A stretch of 64,000 bases of DNA from Poseidonia sp. (GTDB taxonomy: Archaea > Thermoplasmatota > Poseidoniia > Poseidoniales > Poseidoniaceae): assembly GCA_030741355.1 (NCBI GenBank), contig JASLVM010000002.1:51932-115931 (forward strand). Reading direction: 5' to 3'. Positions 35,339 through 50,400 of the stretch are shown one piece after another; position 1 is the first letter of the stretch, and every line of letters begins with the position of its first letter. The notes beneath the pieces were generated by a model. The model was not told the DNA's origin and did not search any database. It saw only the letters and a program-made list of their open reading frames with translations. A program made the translations under genes and the position numbers.

Positions 35339-35731
35339 ATGGCGAAGCGTTTGACCAAGGCGCTGCGTGAAAAACGTCGATGGGTCGGGGTGTTGGTTCA
35401 CCAACGACTACCAGACCGGGCCTCCGTCGAAAAAACCCTCGAACAAATCAGCCATTCACTGGATTCCAAGCCAAATCTTCGATTGATGGATTTTGTTGAC
35501 GATGCCCAGCGGAAAGGCATGGAAGGCCAAACCGACCTCTTTGACGCCACCATCGCAGGAGGTTTGGCCATCGTCCGCGCACCCCTCAGCGTCATCGTTG
35601 AACTTCGCGACCTCCTCGAAGCGGAAGCAGCCCTGGAAACCTGGGGAGTCCAGAGTTTAACCACCAGCGGAAAAATACGGCTGGTGCGGGAGCGACTCGG
35701 TTTACCGAAACCCAAGCGGCATCGCAAGTGA
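35339..35731 (+). CDS. RNase P protein component 2 (Pop5/Rpp14 family)
   Basis: LTKALREKRRWVGVLV matches the archaeal Pop5 N-terminal LPPTLREKKRY(I/V)xF pattern. The C-terminal TTSGKIRLVRERL matches the conserved SGTI(K/R) segment. An alternative ATG is at 35297. Confidence 0.55.
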   Translation: MAKRLTKALREKRRWVGVLVHQRLPDRASVEKTLEQISHSLDSKPNLRLMDFVDDAQRKGMEGQTDLFDATIAGGLAIVRAPLSVIVELRDLLEAEAALETWGVQSLTTSGKIRLVRERLGLPKPKRHRK

Positions 35732-35810
35732 GTTGCCCCCTTGGTTCGCGTTGTTGTGCTTCATCGAGCAAAGCCGCAGAAATCAAGAGCAACCCCCACG
35801 AGGGCTCGCC

Positions 35811-36302
35811 ATGGGAGGAGGAGGGACAGCGCCCGCCATGAAGATGAGCGATGTGTTCATTCTCACCGGCCTAACGATGTTGCTGGGCGGCTTGTTCATG
35901 CATGCATGGGTCACTCCAATCGAGCTCAATGGAGAGGACCCTCCTTACACAAACGGAGCGTCCATGATGAAGGGCGATGCGTTTGATTTACGGGTCACGG
36001 TTGAAGAGGAAACAACCCTCAGGATTGTGTTGAAGGACGAAAAGGGCAACATCATCAGCGCTGAATCCTTTGTTCTGGCATCTGGCCAGAAACACAGGGA
36101 AGTGATCAGCATGGACGAATCCGGTTATTTCACCTATGAAATCGACACCAAAGGTGTCAACGCGGCCGTTGAAACCTCAATCGTGAGGAAGTACATGATC
36201 GATATGCTCCCGTTCCCCCTCGGAGCGATGTTCCTGGCCTATGGTCTGTATCAGCGGCGTGAATCCGAAGACGAGGTCTTGGATGCTGAACTAGAGGATT
36301 GA
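35811..36302 (+). CDS. Bitopic membrane protein with a small outside domain
   Basis: The ATG at 35811 gives MGGGGTAPAMKMSDVFILTGLTMLLGGLFMHAW, followed by a ~110-aa beta-rich domain, a second TM and an acidic tail. Confidence 0.45.
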   Translation: MGGGGTAPAMKMSDVFILTGLTMLLGGLFMHAWVTPIELNGEDPPYTNGASMMKGDAFDLRVTVEEETTLRIVLKDEKGNIISAESFVLASGQKHREVISMDESGYFTYEIDTKGVNAAVETSIVRKYMIDMLPFPLGAMFLAYGLYQRRESEDEVLDAELED

Positions 36303-37730
36303 CCAAACCACATCGTCCGGTTCATCCACGACATCATCGACCCCATCAAGCCGGAGCGAACCCGAGGATGTGAGCCCCAGAAGTGCCGCCTTTGAATTTC
36401 TATAGATAAGAGGTCCCAGAAGAGTTGCACCGTTGATAACTTCCTGCTCCACACGATCGATGTTGACCGTTTGAGGCAATTGAGATACCTGCTGGAACAA
36501 GGACGCCACCATGGCGTGTAAAACAGGATGGAGGGCTGACGGATTGGTGAGAAGGCCGAGCTCGTGAAGGTGGGCGTGTTCCTCCCCACTTCCCTCGACA
36601 TTCAAACCAAGGCCAAGCACAACGTGATGGGCATCTCCTTGGGACACCGCCTCGAACAAGATGCCCCCGGTTTTTTTCATGCACCCATCCCCCGCACGAA
36701 GAAAGACATCGTTTGGCCACTTGAGGCACACCTCCATTGCAGAACATCCACTCATGAAACGAATCAGACGTACGAGCGCCTCCCCGACGCGCAACTGGTC
36801 GTAGGTTGAGTGAGGCCAACCCTGACCGGAATGAATCAACCAAGAGGCCATGAACGCGCCCGGGTAAGACGTCCATGTGCGACCTCGACGCCCTCGCCCT
36901 GTGGTTTGCAGGTCTGCTCGAACCGTGGCCCCCGTCGCTCCTGCCAATTTGATCACCTCATCGTTCGTGCTGATGGTGGTTTGATGATGGATGAACGGCG
37001 AGTTAGCGTAAGGTTTCCACATAGCGATAACGGACAATCGTTCGCCGTCTCCAAAAGATTTGGTGGCGATGCATCTTGCGGCGATCCCTTGAGCCCAAGC
37101 AGCCTCACAGGCGGTGTCTCCCACGCCCTTGGATGAGACGGTAAGGTAGGCAACCCCACCGCTGGAAAGAAGCGAAGTGGAGGCGAGGCGTTGGGCCATC
37201 CTCAGGAAAAGACCCACCCGGTCGGTATCTGTCAGTGCGGCCTCTTCCATCGGGCCAAGTGCCCCCTCCACCAGAGCATCTTCTCCGAGATAAGGCGTGT
37301 TCCAAACCACCACATCGTAGGTTTGGTCGCCCCCCCACTGGGCGCTTTGACCGTCGATCGAAGGACCCGGCCCTCCTTCCAACACCCTCGCTGAAAGTCC
37401 GTTTTGAGCAAAGTGTGCTCGAGTACAAGCCACGGCCATGGGGTTGATGTCACACGCAGTAACATCGCAGCCAAGACGTGCAGCATGGAGCGATAGGGCA
37501 CCCGAACCACAGCCAATTTCCAACCACCTCGTTTTTGGAGGAAGACGTTCGTAAGTCAGCACCGATGCGAGGAAATCGGTATCTTCTCGAGGAGGGTAGA
37601 CAGTGGGGGGGATGACCATGGAAAATGTCTCCCCGGTGGGGGCCCTCCAATCCAGGGCTTTTGCGGCTCGTTCGAGGCGTTCAATTTCCGCCTCCGCTTG
37701 GAGGGCGTCAAAAGATGTCTCGCCGCTCAT
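36291..37730 (-). CDS. birA: Fusion protein: class-I SAM methyltransferase (HemK/Mtq2-like) + biotin-protein ligase BirA
   Basis: The N-terminal half has VYPPREDTDFL, LEIGCGSGALSL and VVWNTPYL (an NPPY-type motif). The C-terminal half has LQTTGRGRRGRTW (GRGRxGRxW) and KWPNDVF. The ATG is at 37730; position 37757 is a TTG. Confidence 0.75.
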   Translation of the reverse strand: MSGETSFDALQAEAEIERLERAAKALDWRAPTGETFSMVIPPTVYPPREDTDFLASVLTYERLPPKTRWLEIGCGSGALSLHAARLGCDVTACDINPMAVACTRAHFAQNGLSARVLEGGPGPSIDGQSAQWGGDQTYDVVVWNTPYLGEDALVEGALGPMEEAALTDTDRVGLFLRMAQRLASTSLLSSGGVAYLTVSSKGVGDTACEAAWAQGIAARCIATKSFGDGERLSVIAMWKPYANSPFIHHQTTISTNDEVIKLAGATGATVRADLQTTGRGRRGRTWTSYPGAFMASWLIHSGQGWPHSTYDQLRVGEALVRLIRFMSGCSAMEVCLKWPNDVFLRAGDGCMKKTGGILFEAVSQGDAHHVVLGLGLNVEGSGEEHAHLHELGLLTNPSALHPVLHAMVASLFQQVSQLPQTVNIDRVEQEVINGATLLGPLIYRNSKAALLGLTSSGSLRLDGVDDVVDEPDDVVWSIL

Positions 37731-37931
37731 AAACTGCTCCAAAGCGCATCCGGTCAAGAGGCTATGCTTACGTTTTCATTCCAAAATGTGGAAATTTTGC
37801 GAATATGGGCAGATTTATGAAGGGGGCAGTCCAGCAACCTTTGCGCCTTCCTCGTGGCCCGTGTGGTCACGGCCAACACGAAACGTATAAGAAGGCCATG
37901 CAGGTCGGACAGAAAGCCCAAGTTGCTACAT

Positions 37932-38005
37932 TGGGCCTGTAGCTCAGTCAGGTAGAGCGTCGGACTTTTAATCCGATGGTCGCGGGTTCGAACCCCGTCG
38001 GGCCC
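37932..38005 (+). tRNA. tRNA-Lys (anticodon UUU)
   Basis: Hand-folded cloverleaf: acceptor GGGCCTG/CGGGCCC, D stem GCTC/GAGC, anticodon stem TCGGA/TCCGA with loop CTTTTAA, T arm GCGGG-TTCGAAC-CCCGT. Length is 74 nt. No CCA is encoded. Confidence 0.9.
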
Positions 38006-38054
38006 GCCTGAATGCGCTACCGGTCCAATGTGGAGGGCCTGACGGGGTGTCAAA

Positions 38055-38705
38055 ATGGTCGTAAAGAGTGCAACGAAAAAGCGTTTGATGGAACTGGGCG
38101 TCTCTGAAGAGTACGCTCACAAACTGGCAACCGACCGAAACATGACCGATATCAAGAACATGTCTCACGACGATGTCGCATCAACACTCGGCATTTCCAA
38201 GGACGCTGAGGAATTCATCAACACCATGCAAATCATCGCTGAGCAAGGATCTCGACGACGTGCAGCCAAAAAGAGCACGAAGATCACCATCCGTGCCAAA
38301 GCTGTCGACGACATGGATCGACCAGAAATCACGTCCCGATTCAACGCCCTTAACCACGAACTGGTCCCCCACCAAGAACTGGTTGGCCAAGCCAACATCT
38401 CTCCTGAGGAACAACTGGCCATCGAGATGGAGGAACTCGCACCCTGGAGAATGGTCCAACCCGACCCCGAGACTGGAGAAGACCGCCTTGCAAAGGAACT
38501 CCTACCAAAGATTCTCATCACGGACCCCGTTGTCCAAGTCATCAAAGAACTCGCAGAAAGCGCTGATTCAGCAGCCCACATGGCCGACCCAGACCACACC
38601 CCTCTGGCGGCCGGTTGGATTGCCGATCGTGTGCTCAAAGTCGTCCGGCAATCCCCATCAGCCGGACGGACGGTGGCTTACCGGCTCATCGTGGAGGGGA
38701 ACTGA
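38055..38705 (+). CDS. rpoH: RNA polymerase subunit H (Rpo5) with a ~95-aa N-terminal extension
   Basis: The C-terminal part (HELVPHQELV...LPKILITDPVVQVI...RVLKVVRQSPSAGRTVAYRLIV) is canonical RpoH. The total of 216 aa compares with ~80 aa for typical archaeal RpoH. Confidence 0.85.
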   Translation: MVVKSATKKRLMELGVSEEYAHKLATDRNMTDIKNMSHDDVASTLGISKDAEEFINTMQIIAEQGSRRRAAKKSTKITIRAKAVDDMDRPEITSRFNALNHELVPHQELVGQANISPEEQLAIEMEELAPWRMVQPDPETGEDRLAKELLPKILITDPVVQVIKELAESADSAAHMADPDHTPLAAGWIADRVLKVVRQSPSAGRTVAYRLIVEGN

Positions 38706-38717
38706 GGAGGAGATATC

Positions 38718-41700
38718 ATGCAGGAAATCATTCAAGCATTTTTCAAAGAGCGCAGCCTTGTCAACCACCAGTTGGCATCTTACAACGACTGTATCCCCGC
38801 CACGGAGAACACGATCTCCCGAATGGAACGAATCATCCGCAACATTCGCGTCGGTACCGACGAGGACTTCAACGACGACGAAGGAGGCTACATCAAACTC
38901 GACGTCCACGACCAAGACATCGTCATCCGACTCAAGAACGTGAAACTTGGCCAGCCAACCGTCAAAGAAGCCAACGGTGCCCTCAACCCATCTTCACCAA
39001 TGGAATGCCGACTCCGTAAACTGACCTACATGTCTCCAGTCACCATCGACTTCACCATCAAGCGAAACGGCGTACCCTCTCCTACCGAATCCGGTGTTGC
39101 CGTCGGCAACATGCCGATTATGGTCCGCTCTGAGCGATGCAACCTCCACGCCAAGCACATCGCTGGCGACCGCGTCCTCACCCCAACCACGTCCGCTGAG
39201 GACAAAGCCACATGGCACGAACTCCTTCGCAAGAAGGGCGAAGACCCCCTCGACCCCGGTGGCTACTTCATCATCAACGGAACCGAGCGCGTTCTCATCT
39301 CCATGGAAGACCTCGCCCCGAATCGAGTCACCGTTGAAATCAACAAGCGCTACGCCAAGCAGACAGAAGTCGCCAAAATTTTCTCCCAGAAAGACGGCAT
39401 GCGCAAGCCGCTGACCGTCGAAAAGCGCCGAGATGGTATGCTGATGGTCAAGATCAGCACCGCCGGTACGACGGCCATTCCGGTCGTTTTGTTGATGCGA
39501 GCCCTTGGTGTCGAAAACGACCAAAACATCTTCCAAGCCATCGCTGGAAACACGGATTCGTTCAAGTACATCGTCGCCAACATCAACGAAGTGAACGACA
39601 ACGAAGAATACAAGGTTGTCACCACCGAGGAAAGCCACCAGTGGTTGGAAAAGAAATTCGCAGCAGGCCAACAAAAGGAGTACCGAGAGGCTCGTGTCAA
39701 CCAACTCCTTGACCGAGAACTCCTCCCTCACTTGGGCGACCAGGTCGAAGACCGCGAAAAGAAAGCCATCTACCTCGGCCGAATCGTTCGTCAAGTCCTC
39801 GAAATGGCCATTGAAGGACGAGACCCCAACGACAAGGACCACTACGCCAACAAGCGAGTTCGCTTGGCTGGAGACTTGATTGAGGACCTTTTCCGCGTGT
39901 CCGCTGGTCAACTCGCTCGAGACCTCAAGTACCAACTTGAGCGACACCACAACCGAAAGCGAGAGCTGAAGATCACCTCTTGCCTTCGCCCGGATGTTCT
40001 TACGAGCAAAATCATGCACGCTCTCGCAACCGGCAACTGGGTCGGTGGACGCTCTGGCGTCAGCCAACTGCTCGACCGAACCACCTACCTTGCTGCGCTT
40101 TCTCACATGCGCCGTGTAACCTCGCCTTTGGTGCGTAGCCAGCCTCACTTCGAAGCTCGAGATTTGCACCCTACTCAATGGGGACGCTTGTGCCCCAACG
40201 AGACCCCTGAAGGACAGAACTGCGGTCTCGTGAAGAACGCTGCACAGATGATCGACATTTCCGAGGACATCAACGAGATTGAAATCCGTGAACGCCTTGA
40301 CGAACTCGACGTTTACCAACCCGATGACTGGACCGACGGTGACCGAATTCACGTCAACGGCGACATCTACGGCATCCACAAGCGAGGAAAGAAACTCGTG
40401 GACCACTTCAAGTCATCTCGTCGCCGAGGCGTGATTCCTTCCGAAGTCTCCATCCGTCACGATGTTGAGAACAAAGACATCTTCATCAACACCGACAAAG
40501 GACGAATCCTTCGACCCCTTCTCATCCTTTACGACGGTGCCCCTCGCCTCACACAAGAGCATTTGACCAAACTGTCAAGCGGCGAAATCAACTTCCGCTC
40601 CCTCATCATTGAAGGCGTTGTGGAATGGGTTGACGCTGAAGAGGAAGAAGACCTCTACATCGCCCCTCGTCCGTTCGTTCTGCCAGAAACCATCCCAGAA
40701 GGCGACAGTGCCGGTTTGGCCGGTCGTGTCGTCAAGTACGAAGACGTACAGTGGATGAACTTGGGCGAACCACGCACAGAAGTCGCACACCTCAAGGCCA
40801 ACGTGTCCATGCCAAACGGGGAAATCTCCACCACGGAATTCGATGTGCCGCTGCTCTACACCGCCGAACACACGCACTGCGAAATTGACCCGCAACTCGT
40901 TCTCGGTGTTTGTGCGTCTCTCATCCCTTACCCAGAGCACAACTCGACACCCCGTGTCACCGGTGGAACGGCGATGGTGAAGCAGTCCCTCGGACTGCCA
41001 AGCGCCAACTACCGTATGCGCCCCGACACTCGAGCCCACATCTTGCACTACCCTCAGCGCTCCATCACCCGTACACGAGCCATGGAAACCACGAACTTCG
41101 ATGACCGCCCCGGCGGCCAGAACTTCATCGTGGCCATCATGTCGCTGCATGGATACAACATGCAAGACGCTGTCATCATGAACAAGGGCTCGATTGACCG
41201 AGCCCTCGGCCGTTCGACGTTCAACCGCACCTACAACGCAGAACGCCGCCGATTCCCTGGCGGACAAGTTGAGGAGATTGAGAAGCCCGGAACTTCCAAG
41301 CAGGAAATCAAGGGCCTCAAGGCGCCCGAGTCCTACATCCATTTGGAAGCTGACGGCCTGCCCGTTCCAGAAACCGCTCTGGAAGGTGGCAACGTTCTGG
41401 TCGGCAAGACCAGCCCGCCTCGGTTCCTTGAGGAATCCTCCGGAGCATCTTTCCTGATGGCTCAGGAACGCCGAGAATCATCCATGCTCGTCCGACACGG
41501 CGAGAAAGGTTGGGTCGACAACGTCTACGTCACCGAGTCGCTTGACTCCGGACGCTTGGTCCGTGTCATGGTTCGAAGCCACAAAGTCCCCGAAGTCGGT
41601 GATAAGTTCGCTTCACGCCACGGACAAAAGGGTGTCATCGGACGCTTGGTTGAGCAAGAAGACATGCCGTTTACCCCCGATGGCATCGTCCCCGATCTCA

Positions 41701-42331
41701 TCATCAACCCTCACGCCATTCCATCCCGAATGACGGTCGCCCACGTTCTGGAAATGATCGGTGGCAAAGTGGGTGCTATGGAAGGGCGACGCATTGACGG
41801 TACGGCTTTCCGTGGCGAGAAAGAGTCCAGTCTCCGAGACGGGCTCGTCCGCAATGGATTGGCCCACACCGGACGTGAAATGATGATCAACGGCGAAACC
41901 GGCGAGTCCTACCCCGCCGACATCTTCGTTGGATGTATCTTCTACCAACGCCTCCACCACTTGGTGAGTTCAAAGATTCACGCCCGCTCACGTGGCCGTG
42001 TCCAAATCTTGACCCGCCAACCAACGGAAGGACGTGCCCGACAAGGTGGTCTGCGATTCGGTGAAATGGAACGTGATTGTCTGATTGCCCACGGTGCTTC
42101 GATGGTCATCAAGGACCGACTGCTGGACGAGTCCGACGGTATTGACATGTATGTTTGCGCCCAATCCGGCCACATTGCTTGGTATGACCCGAAGCGTGGC
42201 ACCTACGTCAGCCCCATCCACGGCGATGGCGCTGAAGTCTACAAGGTACAGACTTCTTATGCATTCAAACTGCTCCTAGACGAGATGAAGAGTTTAGGTG
42301 TGGCCATGCGTCTTGAACTGGAGGACCGAAG

Positions 42332-42335
<4 letters not shown>
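38718..42335 (+). CDS. rpoB: RNA polymerase subunit B (unsplit)
   Basis: 1205 aa. Motifs seen: GGYFIINGTERV, NETPEGQNCGLVKN, GDKFASRHGQKGV, GEMERDC. The start is preceded by GAGGAGG. Confidence 0.95.
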
Positions 42336-47079
<4,744 letters not shown>

Positions 47080-47123
47080 GATTCCAACCATGAGAAACAC
47101 ATGTGGAGAATGGAGGAAGAAGA

Positions 47124-47423
47124 ATGGATCTAAGCCGACAATTGAAGAACGCAATCGCAACAGGAAACCTGTTGTTTGGACAACGACAAGCCAAGGACGC
47201 CTGTGCTAACGGGAACGCCAAGATGGTCATTGTGGCAGCCAACTGCCCCGAAGACTACACGACGGACCTTCGTGCCGCCCACCCGGAAGTGAGCGTCCAC
47301 CGAGCACGTATGGTGAATCGAGAATTGGGCATTGCCTGTGGTAAGCCCTTTTCGGTCTCGACCATCACCGTCCTTGATGCTGGCGACAGCGATCTCATGA
47401 CGCTTGAAAGCAACGTTGAGTGA
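47124..47423 (+). CDS. rpl30e: Ribosomal protein eL30 (L30e)
   Basis: MDLSRQLKNAIATGNLLFGQRQAKDA..AKMVIVAANCP...ELGIACGKPFSVSTITVLDAGDSD. The ATG at 47124 is preceded by GGAGGA. The gene is in its canonical position after rpoA''. Confidence 0.85.
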   Translation: MDLSRQLKNAIATGNLLFGQRQAKDACANGNAKMVIVAANCPEDYTTDLRAAHPEVSVHRARMVNRELGIACGKPFSVSTITVLDAGDSDLMTLESNVE

Positions 47424-47475
47424 TTCTAAAACAGCGGGACAAAGGCTTGATGGCCTTTGATGAACACGGGGAATC

Positions 47476-50400
47476 ATGCGAGTGAACCATGTTGCGGTAG
47501 CGACGACTTTCACGGCCTTGATTTTGACCAGCTTTTTGATGGGTTTTGCCATCGAACAGCCTGCTGAACAACCGGTCTTGGACCACCACCCTGTTGAACA
47601 CACATCGGCTCGTTCAAGTTCAGCAGAGGTGTTTCTCGCCAGCGGCGGTTCAACTTCACACGACGAATTCTCGGGAGCTATTGTGGCTTCAGACAGTGGC
47701 TACTTCGTTGCAGGAGACGTCAACTCTTCAGCAGCCAGTTTGACTTTTGGCCCTCATTCTTATGTTCCAACCTCACCTTATAGCAATGGAAACGACTTCT
47801 TTTTGGCTTCATTGGACAACAACGGAGGTTGGAATTTCTTGGTGGGTGCTGACCACACGCAGGGTGGCGTCTCCTTCATGTCTGACGTGGCCTCTCATGC
47901 AGGCAACGCCATCGTAGCAGGCTACATGTACGGCCCCGTAGATTTCGGACAAACATCCCTCTCTTCAGCCGTTCAGTTTGATGCCTTCGTCGCCCAAACG
48001 GATGCGGCGGGCAACTGGATGTGGGCGAAGGGGTTCCAGACCCTTCCCAATTCATCAAGCGATTCCAGCATCCCACAAGCCCTCGCAGTTGACCAATTAG
48101 GAGACATCATCGTGGCCGGTTATTTCTCTGGAGAGACCGACTTTGGCGGAACCACCTTCAACGTGTCCAACCCAGAGATTTTCATCGCTAAACTTGACGG
48201 GGCTAACGGTGCACTCAAGTGGGTCGTCAAGGGAAGCGGCCCCGGAAACCAGGAGGTTACCGATGTCGTTGTTGATTCAAACGGTAACATTCATGTTTCT
48301 GGCGTCACGCAAAACAACGTTCTTTTTGGAACACAAAATTACGCCACGGTAGGGACCACCGATTCCTTTGTTGTCAAACTCTCAAGTAGCGGGGCCATCC
48401 AATCCATCACCGGCTACGGCATCCCCAATCAGGCCGTATCGCTCACCAACATGGCCGTCGACAATGCAGGCGACCTGTATGTAGGTGGTTCGTTTGAAGG
48501 TACAATGGCGAAGAACGGTTGGTCCATCACCGCCAACAAAGGTGGCGCAGACTTGTTCTTCATCAAAGAAGGCACGACATCGAACAACCAGTGGGCCGTC
48601 ACTGGAGGAAGCAATGCTGCCGATAGCTTGAGTGGCATGGAAGTCACCTCTCGAGGCGAATTGATCTTTACCACCTTTTTCGCCAGTTCCACGTTTACGG
48701 GGGGTACCAAGGGCGCTACACCCACCACCAGCAGTTGGACCACCATCAACGCTGATGCCCTCATGGGTGGATTAACCAATACCGGCGGTTGGTCGTGGTT
48801 GGACGTTACGGCCAGCAACGCTCTGGAACTCGGGTGGGGTATCGCCGTAAATTCAAGCGATATTGCGGCTGTGATGGGCTCGTATGCAGGTCCTTCTGGA
48901 AGCAACACCATCACGAAGGGAACCAACAGCGTATCAAGCACAGGTGGTTGGGACAACTTCGTTTGGGCACTTGACCCCTCAATGAAGGCTGACAGCGATA
49001 ACGATGGGGTGCCGGATGTATCCGACAACTGCCCCAATGACGTCAACCCGCTTCAAGGAAACACCGACGGTGACGCAAAGGGCGATGCTTGCGATCCCGA
49101 CGATGACAACGATGGCATCACGGACAACGCCCCCGATAACTGCCCCCGTGGAGGTGCAGCCAACTGGGGGTCGACACAGAACTTTGACGACCCAGCAAAC
49201 TCCACTGACTGGGACCGAGACGGCTGCAAAGACGATGTCGAGGACAACGACATGGACAACGACGGCATTGACAACGTCGACGACCAATGCCCTCGTTCCA
49301 CCTACCAACCGCCGCGTCCAAACTGGGTTTCTGATGAAATCACCGATGTTGATGGGGATGGATGTCGAGATATCGACGAAGATACCGATGATGACGGTGA
49401 TGGAGTTCCAGATTCCAGAGACGATTGCCCCACCGTGGTTGGAGACTCAACCCTCGGAGAGGAAGGTTGTCTGGACACCGACGGTGACGGATGGTCAGAC
49501 AATTTCGACGACTGCCCCACCGAATACGGAAATTCCACCTTGGCTGGCAAAAACGCCTGCCCCGATATGGATGGGGACGGTTGGGCCGATGTTGATGACG
49601 CCTTTGACGAAGACCCAACCCAATGGGCGGACGCAGATGGCGACGGTTACGGCGACAACACCGCCGGTAGCACACCGGATGAATGTCCATCGGTGGCAGG
49701 TACCTCCACCGCCGACCGACTTGGCTGTCTCGATACAGACGGGGATGGTTATTCCGACCCAGACAGTCAGTGGAACACCGAGTACGGCGCTGATGCCTTT
49801 ATCGACGATGCCACTCAATGGTCTGATTTCGACGGCGATGGTTATGGTGACAACTACGCCAACACCTCCTGGGACGACCGAAATCCATCCTGGCCGGGTG
49901 TATACCGAGAGGACGTTGTTCTGCAAGATGCTTGTCCGACCAAAGAGGGCACTTCTTGGCAAAACGGCCTGATCGGTTGTCCCGACCAAGACGGAGATGG
50001 TTGGTACAACCTCCAAGATGCATTCCCGAACGACGCCACACAATGGTCCGATATGGACGGCGACGGATACGGCGACAACATCTCTGGAAACGATGCTGAC
50101 CGGTGCCCGGAAATTGCTGGAACCTCCACCCTCGACCGGTTGGGTTGTGTTGACACCGATGACGATGGCTACTCCGACCCCGACATCACGTGGACGCCAG
50201 AACAAGGCGCTGATGCATTCATGGCCGACCCAACCCAATGGGCCGACCAAGACAAGGATTTCTTTGGCGACAACCCCGCAGGGGACCGAGCAGACGACTG
50301 TCCAACCGTTCGCGGAACCTCGTTCATTGACCGCTTTGGTTGTGAAGACAGCGACGGCGACGGCATTTCTGACGCCACCGCCGAATGGACACTGGAACAA

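Noticed and set aside
37932-38005. Considered whether tRNA-Lys marks an integration hotspot or island boundary
   Set aside because: There is no integrase gene, no direct repeat of the tRNA 3' end and no phage or plasmid genes nearby. The flanking genes are the birA fusion and the core RNAP operon.
38994-40406. 470-aa ORF on the - strand, plus similar ORFs at 40575-41342, 43703-44623, 45910-46377 and 46462-47160
   Set aside because: All lie antisense within rpoB, rpoA' or rpoA''. They are shadow ORFs.
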